Positions 24,425 to 37,500 of a DNA stretch of 64,000 nucleotides are shown one piece after another; positions within the stretch are counted from its first letter, which is position 1; every line of letters begins with the position of its first letter. Made by a program: the position numbers and the translations under genes. Below the pieces are notes generated by a model. It saw only the letters and a list, made by a program, of their open reading frames with translations, had not been told where the DNA came from and did no database searches. The DNA lies in NCBI RefSeq assembly GCF_006345805.1, contig NW_021835990.1:186001-250000 (forward strand). Direction: 5' to 3'. This stretch comes from Octopus sinensis (lineage: Eukaryota).

Positions 24425-27103
24425 ACCTTCAAGAGATAAGCTTAAATAGGATATTCATGAGATAATGAAGGTGATTCGACCTCTTCACGAGATCGGTCCC
24501 TTAGGAACATTAAATCAATAAAGAGCTTAAATAGGATATTTCATGAGATAATGAAGGTGATTCGACCTCTTCACGAGATCGGTCCCTTAGGAACATTAAA
24601 TCAATAAAGAGCTTAAATAGGATATTTCATGAGATAATGAAGGTGATTCGACCTCATGATGAGGTCCCCAAAACCTTCAAGTCAAAAAATTAAAAAAATA
24701 TTCTGCGTTTTTGTTAAAATGAACAACAAGAAAGTCCTCGACTCACATGATGAGGTCCCCAAAACCTTCAAGCCAAAAAATTAAAAAAATTATTTTCAGG
24801 TGATTCGACCTTTCCACGAGATTGGTCCCTTAGGAACATTAAATCAATAAAAAGCTTAAATAGGATATTCATGAGATAATGAAGGTGATTCGACCTTTCC
24901 ACGAGATCGGTCCCTTAGGAACATTAAATCAATAAAAAGCTTAAATAGGATATTCATGAGATAATGAAGGTGATTCGACCTCTTCACGAGATCGGTCCCT
25001 TAGGAACATTAAATCAATAAAGAGCTTAAATAGGATATTTCATGAGATAATGAAGGTGATTCGACCTCATGATGAGGTCCCTTAGGAACATTAAATCAAT
25101 AAAGAGCTTAAATAGGATATTTCATGAGATAATGAAGGTGATTCGACCTCATGATGAGGTCCCCCAAAACCTTCAAGTCAAAAAATTAAAAAAAATTTAT
25201 TTTCTGCGTTTTTGTTAAAATGAACAACAAGAAAGTCCTCGACTCACATGATGAGGTCCCCCAAAACCTTCAAGCCAAAATTAAAAAAAAATTATTTTCA
25301 GGTGATTCGACCTCTTCACGAGATCGGTCCCTTAGGAACATTAAATCAATAAAGAGCTTAAATAGGATATTCATGAGATAATGAAGGTGATTCGACCTCT
25401 TCACGAGATCGGTCCCTTAGGAACATTAAATCAATAAAAAGCTTAAATAGGATATTCATGAGATAATGAAGGTGATTCGACCTCTTCACGAGATCGGTCC
25501 CTTAGGAACATTAAATCAATAAAGAGCTTAAATAGGATATTCATGAGATAATGAAGGTGATTCGACCTCTTCACGAGATCGGTCCCTTAGGAACATTAAA
25601 TCAATAAAAAGCTTAAATAGGATATTCATGAGATAATGAAGGTGATTCGACCTCTTCACGAGATCGGTCCCTTAGGAACATTAAATCAATAAAGAGCTTA
25701 AATAGGATATTTCATGAGATAATGAAGGTGATTCGACCTCTTCACGAGATCGGTCCCTTAGGAACATTAAATCAATAAAGAGCTTAAATAGGATATTTCA
25801 TGAGATAATGAAGGTGATTCGACCTCATGATGAGGTCCCCAAAACCTTCAAGTCAAAAAATTAAAAAAAATTTATTTTCTGCGTTTTTGTTAAATGAACA
25901 ACAAGAAAGTCCTCGACTCACATGATGAGGTCCCCCAAAACTTCAAGCCAAAAAATTAAAAAAAATTATTTTCAGGTGATTAGACCTTTCCACGAGATTG
26001 GTCCCTTAGGAACATTAAATCAATAAAAAGCTTAAATAGGATATTCATGAGATAATGAAGGTGATTCGACCTTTCCACGAGATCGGTCCCTTAGGAACAT
26101 TAAATCAATAAAGAGCTTAAATAGGATATTCATGAGATAATGAAGGTGATTCGACCTCTTCACGAGATCGGTCCTTAGGAACATTAAATCAATAAAGAGC
26201 TTAAATAGGATATTTCATGAGATAATGAAGGTGATTCGACCTCATGATGAGGTCCCCCAAAACCTTCAAGTCAAAAAATTAAAAAAAATTTATTTTCTGC
26301 GTTTTTGTTAAAATGAACAACAAGAAAGTCCTCGACTCACATGATGAGGTCCCCCAAAACCTTCAAGCCAAAAAATTAAAAAAATTATTTTCAGGTGATT
26401 CGACCTTTCCACGAGATTGGTCCCTTAGGAACATTAAATCAATAAAAAGCTTAAATAGGATATTCATGAGATAATGAAGGTGATTCGACCTTTCCACGAG
26501 ATCGGTCCCTTAGGAACATTAAATCAATAAAGAGCTTAAATAGGATATTCATGAGATAATGAAGGTGATTCGACCTCTTCACGAGATCGGTCCCTTAGGA
26601 ACATTAAATCAATAAAGAGCTTAAATAGGATATTTCATGAGATAATGAAGGTGATTCGACCTCATGATGAGGTCCCCCAAAACCTTCAAGTCAAAAAATT
26701 AAAAAAAATTTATTTTCTGCGTTTTTGTTAAAATGAACAACAAGAAAGTCCTCGACTCACATGATGAGGTCCCCCAAAACCTTCAAGCCAAAAAATTAAA
26801 AAAAATTATTTTCAGGTGATTCGACCTTTCCACGAGATTGGTCCCTTAGGAACATTAAATCAATAAAAAGCTTAAATAGGATATTCATGAGATAATGAAG
26901 GTGATTCGACCTTTCCACGAGATCGGTCCTTAGGAACATTAAATCAATAAAGAGCTTAAATAGGATATTCATGAGATAATGAAGGTGATTCGACCTCTTC
27001 ACGAGATCGGTCCCTTAGGAACATTAAATCAATAAAGAGCTTAAATAGGATATTCATGAGATAATGAAGGTGATTCGACCTCTTCACGAGATCGGTCCCT
27101 TAG
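24425..27103 (+). repeat. Satellite array A: 85/86-bp monomers plus a ~165-bp variant, ~421-bp higher-order repeat
   Basis: Monomer GGTGATTCGACCTCTTCACGAGATCGGTCCCTTAGGAACATTAAATCAATAAAGAGCTTAAATAGGATATTCATGAGATAATGAA (anchors 25386, 25471); higher-order anchors 26394 and 26815. Confidence 0.97.
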
Positions 27104-27306
27104 AAAATTATAATTTTTAAAAAGTCAAAAAAGATACTCATAATAATAATAATGTAAATGATTCGACCTTTTCGTTAGATCGGTTCCCTTAAGAAATCAA
27201 AATTTAAAAAAGGAAATTCGTGATTGATTTTTAATGTTTTAAATTAGGAAGTTATTCACCGAACCTAATCTTTCCAAAATTAGAAAGTTTCACGTATAAA
27301 TATCAA

Positions 27307-27410
27307 TCTATATAATAAAACACTAAGTTGTGTGTCTGTCTGTCTGTCCGTGTACACTTATATATCTAAAAAAGGAAATGTGTAAGATAAAGAAGATGAA
27401 TTCAAACTCT
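27307..27410 (+). mobile_element. Helitron-type 5' head
   Basis: A^TCTATATAATAAAACACTAAGTTGTGTGTCTGTCTGTCTGTCC: TC start after A plus (GTCT)n, as in many non-autonomous animal Helitrons. Confidence 0.75.
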
Positions 27411-27411
27411 T

Positions 27412-30400
27412 CAAAGAGATCGGTCCCTTAGGAACATGAAATCAATAAAGAGGTTAAATATGATGAGATAATGAAGGTGATTCGACCTCTTCACGAGATC
27501 GGTCCTTAGGAACATGAAAGAAATAATAAAGAGCTTAAAAAAGATATTCATGAGATAATGAAGGTGATTTGACCTCATGATGAGGTCCCCCAAAACCTTC
27601 AAGCCAAAAAATTTAAAAAAAATTATTTTCTGCGTTTTTGTTAAAATGAACAACAAGAAAGTCCTCGACTCACATGATGAGGTCCCCAAACCTTCAAGCC
27701 AAAAAATAAAAAAAAATTATTTTCAGGTGATTCGACCTCTTCACGAGATCGGTCCCTTAGGAACATTAAATCAATAAAGAGCTTAAATAGGATATTCATG
27801 AGATAATGAAGGTGATTCGACCTCTTCACGAGATCGGTCCCTTAGGAACATTAAATCAATAAAAAGCTTAAATAGGATTCATGAGATAATGAAGGTGATT
27901 CGACCTCTTCACGAGATCGGTCCTTAGGAACATAAATCAATAAAGAGCTTAAATAGGATATTTCATGAGGATAAATGAAGGTGATTCGACCTCATGATGA
28001 GGTCCCCAAAAACCTTCAAGTCAAAAAATTAAAAAAAAATTTATTTTTCTGCGTTTTTGTTAAAATGAACAACAAGAAAGTCCTCGGACTCACATGATGA
28101 GGTCCCCCCCAAAACCTTCAAGCCAAACAAAATTAAAAAAAATTAGGTTTCAGGTGATTCGAACCTCTTCACGAGATCGGTCCCTTAGGAACATTAAATC
28201 AATAAAAGCTTAAATAGGATATTCATGAGATGATAATGAAGGTGTGATTCGACTCTTCACGAGATCGGCCCTTAGGAACATTAAATCAATAAAAAGCTTA
28301 AATAGGATATTCATGAGATAATGAAGGTGATTCGACCTTTCACGAGATCGGTCCCTTAGGAACATTAAATCAATAAAGAGCTTAAATAGGATATTCATGA
28401 GATAATGAAGTGATTCGACCTCTTCACGAGATCGGTCCCTTAGGAACATTAAATCAATAAAGAGCTTAAATAAATTAGGATATTTCATGAGATGATAATG
28501 AAGGTGATTCGACCTCATGGATGAGGTCCCCCAAAACTTCAAGTCAAAAAATAAAAAAAATTTATTTCTGCGTTTTTGTTAAAAATGAACAACAAGAAAG
28601 TCCTCGACTCACATGATGAGGGTCCCCCAAAACCTTCAAGCCAAAAAATTAAAAAAAATTATTTTCAGTGATTAGACCTTTCCACGAGATTGGTCCTTAG
28701 GAACATTAAATCAATAAAAGCTTAAATAGGATATTCATGAGAGATAATGAAGGTGATTCGACCTTTCCACGAGATCGGTCCCTTAGGAACATTAAATCAA
28801 TAAAAAGCTTAAATAGGATATTCATGAGATAATGAAGGTGATTCGACCTCTTCACGAGATCGGTCCCTTAGGAACATTAAATCAATAAAGAGCTTTAATA
28901 GGATATTTCATGAGATAATGAAGGTGATTCGACCTCATGATGAGGTCCCCAAAACCTTCAAGTCAAAAAATTAAAAAAAATTTATTTTCTGCGTTTTTGT
29001 TAAAATGAACAACAAGAAAGTCCTCGACTCACATGATGAGGTCCCCCAAAACCTTCAAGCCAAAAAATTAAAAAAAATTATTTTCAGGTGATTCGACCCT
29101 TCCACGAGATTGGTCCCTTAGGAACATTAAATCAATAAAAGCTTAAATAGGATATTCATGAGATAATGAAGGTGATTCGACCTTTCACGAGATCGGTCCC
29201 TTAGGAACATTTTAAATCAATAAAAAGCTTAAATAGGATATTCATGAGATAATGAAGGTGATTCGACCTTTCACGAGATCGGTCCCTTAGGAACATTAAA
29301 TCAATAAAAAGCTTAAATAGGATATTCATGAGATAATGAAGGTGATTCGACCTTTCCACGAGATCGGTCCCTTAGGAACATTAAATCAATAAAGAGCTTA
29401 AATAGGATATTCATGAGATAATGAAGGTGATTTGACCTCATGATGAGGTCCCCCAAAACCTTCAAGCCAAAAAATTAAAAAAAATTATTTTCAGGTGATT
29501 CGACCTTTCCACGAGATTGGTCCCTTAGGAACATTAAATCAATAAAAAGCTTAAATAGGATATTCATGAGATAATGAAGGTGATTCGACCTTTCCACGAG
29601 ATTGGTCCCTTAGGAACATTAAATCAATAAAGAGCTTAAATAGGATATTCATGAGATAATGAAGGTGATTCGACCTCTTCACGAGATCGGTCCCTTAGGA
29701 ACATTAAATCAATAAAGAGCTTAAATAGGATATTCATGAGATAATGAAGGTGATTCGACCTCTTCACGAGATCGGTCCCTTAGGAACATTAAATCAATAA
29801 AGAGCTTAAATAGGATATTTCATGAGATAATGAAGGTGATTCGACCTCATGATGAGGTCCCCCAAAACCTTCAAGTCAAAAATTAAAAAAAATTTTCTGC
29901 GTTTATTTTCTGCGTTTTTGTTAAAATGAACAACAAGAAAGTCCTCGACTCACATGATGAGGTCCCCCAAAACCTTCAAGCCAAAAAATTAAAAAAATTA
30001 TTTTCAGGTGATTCGACCTCTTCACGAGATCGGTCCCTTTGGAACATTAAATCAATAAAGAGCTTAAATAGGATATTCATGAGATAATGAAGGTGATTCG
30101 ACCTCTTCACGAGATCGGTCCCTTAGGAACATGAAATCAATAAAAAGCTTAAATAGGATATTCATGAGATAATGAAGGTGATTCGACCTCTTCACGAGAT
30201 CGGTCCCTTAGGAACATTAAATCAATAAAGAGCTTAAATAGGATATTTCATGAGATAATGAAGGTGATTCGACCTCTCACGAGATCGGTCCCTTAGGAAC
30301 ATTAAATCAATAAAGAGCTTAAATAGGATATTTCATGAGATAATGAAGGTGATTCGACCTCATGATGAGGTCCCCCAAAACCTTCAAGTCAAAAAATTAA

Positions 30401-31135
30401 AAAAAATTTATTTTCTGCGTTTTTGTTAAATGAACAACAAGAAAGTCCTCGACTCACATGATGAGGTCCCCCAAAACCTTCAAGCCAAAAAATTAAAAAA
30501 AATTATTTTCAGGTGATTCGACCTTTCCACGAGATTGGTCCCTTAGGAACATTAAATCAATAAAAAGCTTAAATAGGATATTCATGAGATAATGAAGGTG
30601 ATTCGACCTTTCCACGAGATCGGTCCCTTAGGAACATTAAATCAATAAAGAGCTTAAATAGGATATTCATGAGATAATGAAGGTGATTCGACCTCTTCAC
30701 GAGATCGGTCCCTTAGGAACATTAAATCAATAAAGAGCTTAAATAGGATATTTCATGAGATAATGAAGGTGATTCGACCTCATGATGAGGTCCCCCAAAA
30801 CCTTCAAAAAATTAAAAAAAATTTATTTTCTGCGTTTTTGTTAAAATGAACAACAAGAAAGTCCTCGACTCACATGATGAGGTCCCCCAAAACCTTCAAG
30901 CCAAAAAATTAAAAAAAATTATTTTCAGGTGATTCGACCTTTCCACGAGATTGGTCCCTTAGGAACATTAAATCAATAAAAAGCTTAAATAGGATATTCA
31001 TGAGATAATGAAGGTGATTCGACCTTTCCACGAGATCGGTCCCTTAGGAACATTAAATCAATAAAGAGCTTAAATAGGAAATATTCATGAGATAATGAAG
31101 GTGATTCGACCTCTTCACGAGATCGGTCCCTTAGA
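27412..31135 (+). repeat. Satellite array B, same monomers as array A
   Basis: Same 85-bp and ~165-bp units, followed by the same ~200-bp tail ending CACGTATAAATATCAA as at 27104-27306. Confidence 0.97.
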
Positions 31136-31852
31136 AATTATAAATTTTTAAAAAAGTCAAAAAGATTATCATAATAATAATAATGTAAATGATTCGACCT
31201 TTTCGTTAGATCGGTTCCCTTAAGAAATCAAAATTTAAAAAGGAAATTCGTGATTGATTTTTAATGTTTTAAATTAGGAAGTTATTCACCGAACCTAATC
31301 TTTCCAAAATTAGAAAGTTTCACGTATAAATATCAATCTGAAATAAAATCCTACTTCCAGGCTAACTATTTTCATTGCTATCTGTGCGCGCATGCAAAAT
31401 TAAGTAATGGTAATTAGTTAACAATTGTGCAAATTTGAATTTTCAACATTACTCATTATAGATATCCACAAAAATAAATACCTCTCCCCCTTAACAGAAC
31501 TTCAAACGATCAAAAATTTAACAATAACTAACGTTTTGTCAATAAATTACTTTTTAACAATATTTCATTATTGAGGATGCTATCAGAGGATTAACTCTAT
31601 TTCCCTTGAGATATAGAAGATATTAGTTGTTAATTATAGATTGTTTCATTTGTAAGATGTTTAAATCAAAAGTGTTTGTAGAATCTGCCAACAACATCGC
31701 AAGTCGAAACTACAGTCACCAAATTCACTTTGAAATTGTTAATTAATCTTAATAAATTAAATGGATATACGGTCGTATTTATGTGAATTCTCAATCATCT
31801 ATATAATTATGAAATAAATAGATTATAAATTTGAAGTAGATAGTTTCAAACA

Positions 31853-34255
31853 GTGGATAACAGGTGGGTAGTGCCTTATAGTCCACTGTTATGTAAAATT
31901 TTTAATGCTCATATAAATGTAGAATTCTGCAACTCAATTAAATCAATTAAATATGTCTGCAAATACATCAACAAGGGGTCAGATCAGGCAGTTTTTACTA
32001 TTGAAGGACGGGATGAGGTGACTCAATACATGCATGGGAGATATATTTGCAGCAGTGAGGCTGCGTGGAAAATATTTGGATTTCCCATACATGATAGATA
32101 TCCTTTGGTAATGCATTTAGAGGTACATTTGGAAAATGGACAAAGAGTTTACTTCAATGAAGAAAATGTACAAGACCAAATACAAAACCCAAGGAATTCT
32201 ACACTAATGGCTTTTTTTGAACTTTGTACATTAGACACATTTGCAAAAACATTATTATATTGTGAAATTCCAAGATACTACAGGTGGGAAACTACCGGTA
32301 AGAAATTCAAACGAAGGATAAGAGGAGAACCAGTGAATGGACATCCAGGAATTGTAAGTAGTGATGCATTGGGCAGGGTGTACACAGTTCACCCTAATAA
32401 TGCCGAATGTTATTGTGTTAGGTTACTTCTGCATAACATCCGAGGACCGACATTTTTTACCGATTTAAAGACAGTTGATGGAGTAATCTGCGCAACATTT
32501 AGAGAAGCCTGTTTTAAATTGGGACTTTTAGAGGATGATAAAAGCTGGGACGACGCATTGACCGAAGCTGGGATTTTCAATATGCCATCAAAGATTAGAT
32601 ATTTATTTACATTGATGTTGGCATATTGTAATATATCAAATCCTCTACAACTGTGGGAGAAGCATAAAGAAATAATGTGTGAAGATATATTAAAGAGGGA
32701 TGCAAAATCAGGTTTTGACGAGGACATTTTTAATGAAGGATTACTAATTATTAATAGATCACTCGAATCAGTCATTGGGAAAAATATATGTGAGTACGGG
32801 TTTAGCGTTAACAGTCAAAATATTACAAATAATTTGGAATATGACAAATATAATTTAGAAGAACTACAAAAAATACTTAATGAAAGGGAACCGAATTTAT
32901 TGGAAGGTCAATTAAGAATCTACAATGAAATAAACAGAAAGATTGAAGAAAATGATGGTAAAATATTCTTCATAGATGCACCGGGAGGTACAGGTAAAAC
33001 ATATCTATTAAATTTATTATTGGCAAAGGCGAGATGCAATAATAAAATAGCTATAGCAGTTGCTTCTACAGGTATTGCGGCTACGCTTTTAGATGGTGGA
33101 CGAACAGCACATTCAATGTTCAAACTACCATTAAATCTAGCAAAGGATATGGAGCCAGTTTGTAATATTAAAGGAAATTCACTTATTGGGACTATTATAC
33201 GTGATTGTAATCTAATAGTATGGGATGAGTGTACAATGGTAAGTAAAAGAGCATTTGAAGCAGTTGACAGAACTTTTCGCGACATCAAACATTCAGATTC
33301 ACCTTTTGGTGGATCGGTGTTAGTATTAGCAGGTGATTTTAGACAGACACTGCCTATTATTCAAAGAGGAACACCAGCAGATGAACTTAATGCATGTTTG
33401 AAATCATCGTATTTGTGGACCTTGGTAAAAAAAATAAGTCTAAATGTAAATATTCGTGCACAAAAGTCAGAAACAAATTCATTCGCTAAGGTACTTTTAA
33501 ATGTAGGGAATGGAACACTCGAAACAAATTCAGAAGATTTTAAGGTATCACTACCTCCAGAGTTATGCATAAATGTAAACAGACCAGAAGAATTATTAAC
33601 CTCAGTTTATCCAAATCTAGAGGAAAATTACACATGCTTTGACTGGCTTAGGGAAAGAGCAATACTAGCACCACTAAATGACGAAGTACATAATATTAAT
33701 TTAGATTTGCTCATTAAATTACCAGGAATGGAACGTATTTATAAATCTGTAGATGTAATTATGGATCAAGAAACAGCATGTGAATATCCTGTGGAATTTC
33801 TAAATTCTTTAGAACCGTCAGGGATGCCTCATCATACTTTAAAATTAAAGGTAGGAGCGCCAGTTGTTCTATTACGAAATCTAGAATCTCCAAGGTTATG
33901 TAATGGTACAAGATTAGTAATAACAAATTTAATGTCTAATATTATAGAAGCAACGATATTAACGGGGAAAAATAAAGGAGAAGATGTTTATATTCCAAAA
34001 ATTCCAATAATTTCGGATGAATTACCATTTAGATTTAAGAGACTACAATTTCCATTGAAGTTGAGTTTCGCAATGACAATCAACAAATCACAGGGACAAA
34101 CCCTTAAAGTAGTAGGTTTATTTTTAGCAAGTGAATGTTTTTCACATGGACAATTGTATGTAGGTTGTTCTAGGGTAGGTGAACGAGAAAACCTATTCAT
34201 ATACACCAAAGATTGTCGTACAAGCAATATAGTGTATCAACAAGCATTACAATAA
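31853..34255 (+). CDS. Helitron RepHel C-terminal part: Rep motif 3 plus PIF1 helicase
   Basis: DNRWVVPY, KSIKYVCKYINKG (catalytic tyrosines), DAPGGTGKT, VWDEC, GDFRQTLP, AMTINKSQGQT, HGQLYVGCSRV. In-frame TAG at 31841 upstream; no HUH motif; no ATG at the ORF start. Confidence 0.93.
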   Translation: MDNRWVVPYSPLLCKIFNAHINVEFCNSIKSIKYVCKYINKGSDQAVFTIEGRDEVTQYMHGRYICSSEAAWKIFGFPIHDRYPLVMHLEVHLENGQRVYFNEENVQDQIQNPRNSTLMAFFELCTLDTFAKTLLYCEIPRYYRWETTGKKFKRRIRGEPVNGHPGIVSSDALGRVYTVHPNNAECYCVRLLLHNIRGPTFFTDLKTVDGVICATFREACFKLGLLEDDKSWDDALTEAGIFNMPSKIRYLFTLMLAYCNISNPLQLWEKHKEIMCEDILKRDAKSGFDEDIFNEGLLIINRSLESVIGKNICEYGFSVNSQNITNNLEYDKYNLEELQKILNEREPNLLEGQLRIYNEINRKIEENDGKIFFIDAPGGTGKTYLLNLLLAKARCNNKIAIAVASTGIAATLLDGGRTAHSMFKLPLNLAKDMEPVCNIKGNSLIGTIIRDCNLIVWDECTMVSKRAFEAVDRTFRDIKHSDSPFGGSVLVLAGDFRQTLPIIQRGTPADELNACLKSSYLWTLVKKISLNVNIRAQKSETNSFAKVLLNVGNGTLETNSEDFKVSLPPELCINVNRPEELLTSVYPNLEENYTCFDWLRERAILAPLNDEVHNINLDLLIKLPGMERIYKSVDVIMDQETACEYPVEFLNSLEPSGMPHHTLKLKVGAPVVLLRNLESPRLCNGTRLVITNLMSNIIEATILTGKNKGEDVYIPKIPIISDELPFRFKRLQFPLKLSFAMTINKSQGQTLKVVGLFLASECFSHGQLYVGCSRVGERENLFIYTKDCRTSNIVYQQALQ

Positions 34256-34260
34256 TAAGA

Positions 34261-34565
34261 TCTATATAATATTTGATAATTTTTATACTATAACAATCAA
34301 TTTTTTATTATATAGACGAGTGCTTTTCACATGGCCAGCTGTATGTGGGATGCTCAAGGGTAGGTAGAAGAGAAAATTTATATTTGCCAAGGATGGACGG
34401 ACTGCAAACATCGTTTATCCACAGGCCTTAGAATAAGGTTATATCAAAGCAGGTCGCATTTATATATCTAAATAAATTTATAGTTATTTAAGGAAACTGC
34501 GAGCGTAGCGAGCAGGGCCTCCGCAGGAGCTAGCTCGCAGTGAGCAAAGCGAACTGCTGAGCTAG
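34261..34565 (+). mobile_element. Mini-Helitron forming the 3' end of unit B1 (copy at 37491-37795)
   Basis: A^TCTATATAAT head; a diverged second copy of helicase motif VI (ECFSHGQLYVGCSRVGRRENL...NIVYPQALE*); two hairpin+CTAG termini (CTAG at 34530 and 34562). Confidence 0.75.
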
Positions 34566-37500
34566 TCTGAAATAAAATCCTACTTCCAGGCTAACTATTT
34601 TCATTGCTATCTGTGCGCGCATGCAAAATTAAGTAATGGTAATTAGTTAACAATTGTGCAAATTTGAATTTTCAACATTACTCATTATAGATATCCACAA
34701 AAATAAATACCTCTCCCCCTTAACAGAACTTCAAACGATCAAAAATTTAACAATAACTAACGTTTTTGTCAATAAATTACTTTTTAACAATATTTCATTA
34801 TTGAGGATGCTATCAGAGGATTAACTCTATTTCCCTTGAGATATAGAAGATATTAGTTGTTAATTATAGATTGTTTCATTTGTAAGATGTTTAAATCAAA
34901 AGTGTTTGTAGAATCTGCCAACAACATCGCAAGTCGAAACTACAGTCACCAAATTCACTTTGAAATTGTTAATTAATCTTAATAAATTAAATGGATATAC
35001 GGTCGTATTTATGTGAATTCTCAATCATCTATATAATTATGAAATAAATAGATTATAAATTTGAAGTAGATAGTTTCAAACAGTGGATAACAGGTGGGTA
35101 GTGCCTTATAGTCCACTGTTATGTAAAATTTTTAATGCTCATATAAATGTAGAATTCTGCAACTCAATTAAATCAATTAAATATGTCTGCAAATACATCA
35201 ACAAGGGGTCAGATCAGGCAGTTTTTACTATTGAAGGACGGGATGAGGTGACTCAATACATGCATGGGAGATATATTTGCAGCAGTGAGGCTGCGTGGAA
35301 AATATTTGGATTTCCCATACATGATAGATATCCTTTGGTAATGCATTTAGAGGTACATTTGGAAAATGGACAAAGAGTTTACTTCAATGAAGAAAATGTA
35401 CAAGACCAAATACAAAACCCAAGGAATTCTACACTAATGGCTTTTTTTGAACTTTGTACATTAGACACATTTGCAAAAACATTATTATATTGTGAAATTC
35501 CAAGATACTACAGGTGGGAAACTACCGGTAAGAAATTCAAACGAAGGATAAGAGGAGAACCAGTGAATGGACATCCAGGAATTGTAAGTAGTGATGCATT
35601 GGGCAGGGTGTACACAGTTCACCCTAATAATGCCGAATGTTATTGTGTTAGGTTACTTCTGCATAACATCCGAGGACCGACATTTTTTACCGATTTAAAG
35701 ACAGTTGATGGAGTAATCTGCGCAACATTTAGAGAAGCCTGTTTTAAATTGGGACTTTTAGAGGATGATAAAAGCTGGGACGACGCATTGACCGAAGCTG
35801 GGATTTTCAATATGCCATCAAAGATTAGATATTTATTTACATTGATGTTGGCATATTGTAATATATCAAATCCTCTACAACTGTGGGAGAAGCATAAAGA
35901 AATAATGTGTGAAGATATATTAAAGAGGGATGCAAAATCAGGTTTTGACGAGGACATTTTTAATGAAGGATTACTAATTATTAATAGATCACTCGAATCA
36001 GTCATTGGGAAAAATATATGTGAGTACGGGTTTAGCGTTAACAGTCAAAATATTACAAATAATTTGGAATATGACAAATATAATTTAGAAGAACTACAAA
36101 AAATACTTAATGAAAGGGAACCGAATTTATTGGAAGGTCAATTAAGAATCTACAATGAAATAAACAGAAAGATTGAAGAAAATGATGGTAAAATATTCTT
36201 CATAGATGCACCGGGAGGTACAGGTAAAACATATCTATTAAATTTATTATTGGCAAAGGCGAGATGCAATAATAAAATAGCTATAGCAGTTGCTTCTACA
36301 GGTATTGCGGCTACGCTTTTAGATGGTGGACGAACAGCACATTCAATGTTCAAACTACCATTAAATCTAGCAAAGGATATGGAGCCAGTTTGTAATATTA
36401 AAGGAAATTCACTTATTGGGACTATTATACGTGATTGTAATCTAATAGTATGGGATGAGTGTACAATGGTAAGTAAAAGAGCATTTGAAGCAGTTGACAG
36501 AACTTTTCGCGACATCAAACATTCAGATTCACCTTTTGGTGGATCGGTGTTAGTATTAGCAGGTGATTTTAGACAGACACTGCCTATTATTCAAAGAGGA
36601 ACACCAGCAGATGAACTTAATGCATGTTTGAAATCATCGTATTTGTGGACCTTGGTAAAAAAAATAAGTCTAAATGTAAATATTCGTGCACAAAAGTCAG
36701 AAACAAATTCATTCGCTAAGGTACTTTTAAATGTAGGGAATGGAACACTCGAAACAAATTCAGAAGATTTTAAGGTATCACTACCTCCAGAGTTATGCAT
36801 AAATGTAAACAGACCAGAAGAATTATTAACCTCAGTTTATCCAAATCTAGAGGAAAATTACACATGCTTTGACTGGCTTAGGGAAAGAGCAATACTAGCA
36901 CCACTAAATGACGAAGTACATAATATTAATTTAGATTTGCTCATTAAATTACCAGGAATGGAACGTATTTATAAATCTGTAGATGTAATTATGGATCAAG
37001 AAACAGCATGTGAATATCCTGTGGAATTTCTAAATTCTTTAGAACCGTCAGGGATGCCTCATCATACTTTAAAATTAAAGGTAGGAGCGCCAGTTGTTCT
37101 ATTACGAAATCTAGAATCTCCAAGGTTATGTAATGGTACAAGATTAGTAATAACAAATTTAATGTCTAATATTATAGAAGCAACGATATTAACGGGGAAA
37201 AATAAAGGAGAAGATGTTTATATTCCAAAAATTCCAATAATTTCGGATGAATTACCATTTAGATTTAAGAGACTACAATTTCCATTGAAGTTGAGTTTCG
37301 CAATGACAATCAACAAATCACAGGGACAAACCCTTAAAGTAGTAGGTTTATTTTTAGCAAGTGAATGTTTTTCACATGGACAATTGTATGTAGGTTGTTC
37401 TAGGGTAGGTGAACGAGAAAACCTATTCATATACACCAAAGATTGTCGTACAAGCAATATAGTGTATCAACAAGCATTACAATAATAAGATCTATATAAT

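Larger units (their letters stand above)
31337..34565 (+). mobile_element. Helitron unit B1 (TC...CTAG)
   Basis: A^TCTGAAATAAAATCC start, PIF1 ORF, GC hairpins, terminal CTAG joined directly to the TC of the next copy. Confidence 0.93.

Noticed and set aside
24650-24790. Hammerhead ribozyme or C/D snoRNA in the satellite (ATGATGAG motif)
   Set aside because: No CTGATGA...GAAA core with three stems and no D box CTGA at a suitable position
26796-28542. Short ORFs within the satellite
   Set aside because: Translations of an 85-bp unit that is not a multiple of three; they depend on chance indels
24425-31135. CRISPR-like array (regular palindromic repeats next to a helicase gene)
   Set aside because: The sequences between the palindromes are repeated, not unique spacers; there are no cas genes; the helicase is Helitron PIF1 and the context is eukaryotic
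32410-37457. Minus-strand ORFs inside the Helitron helicase copies
   Set aside because: Antisense shadows of the long plus-strand frame
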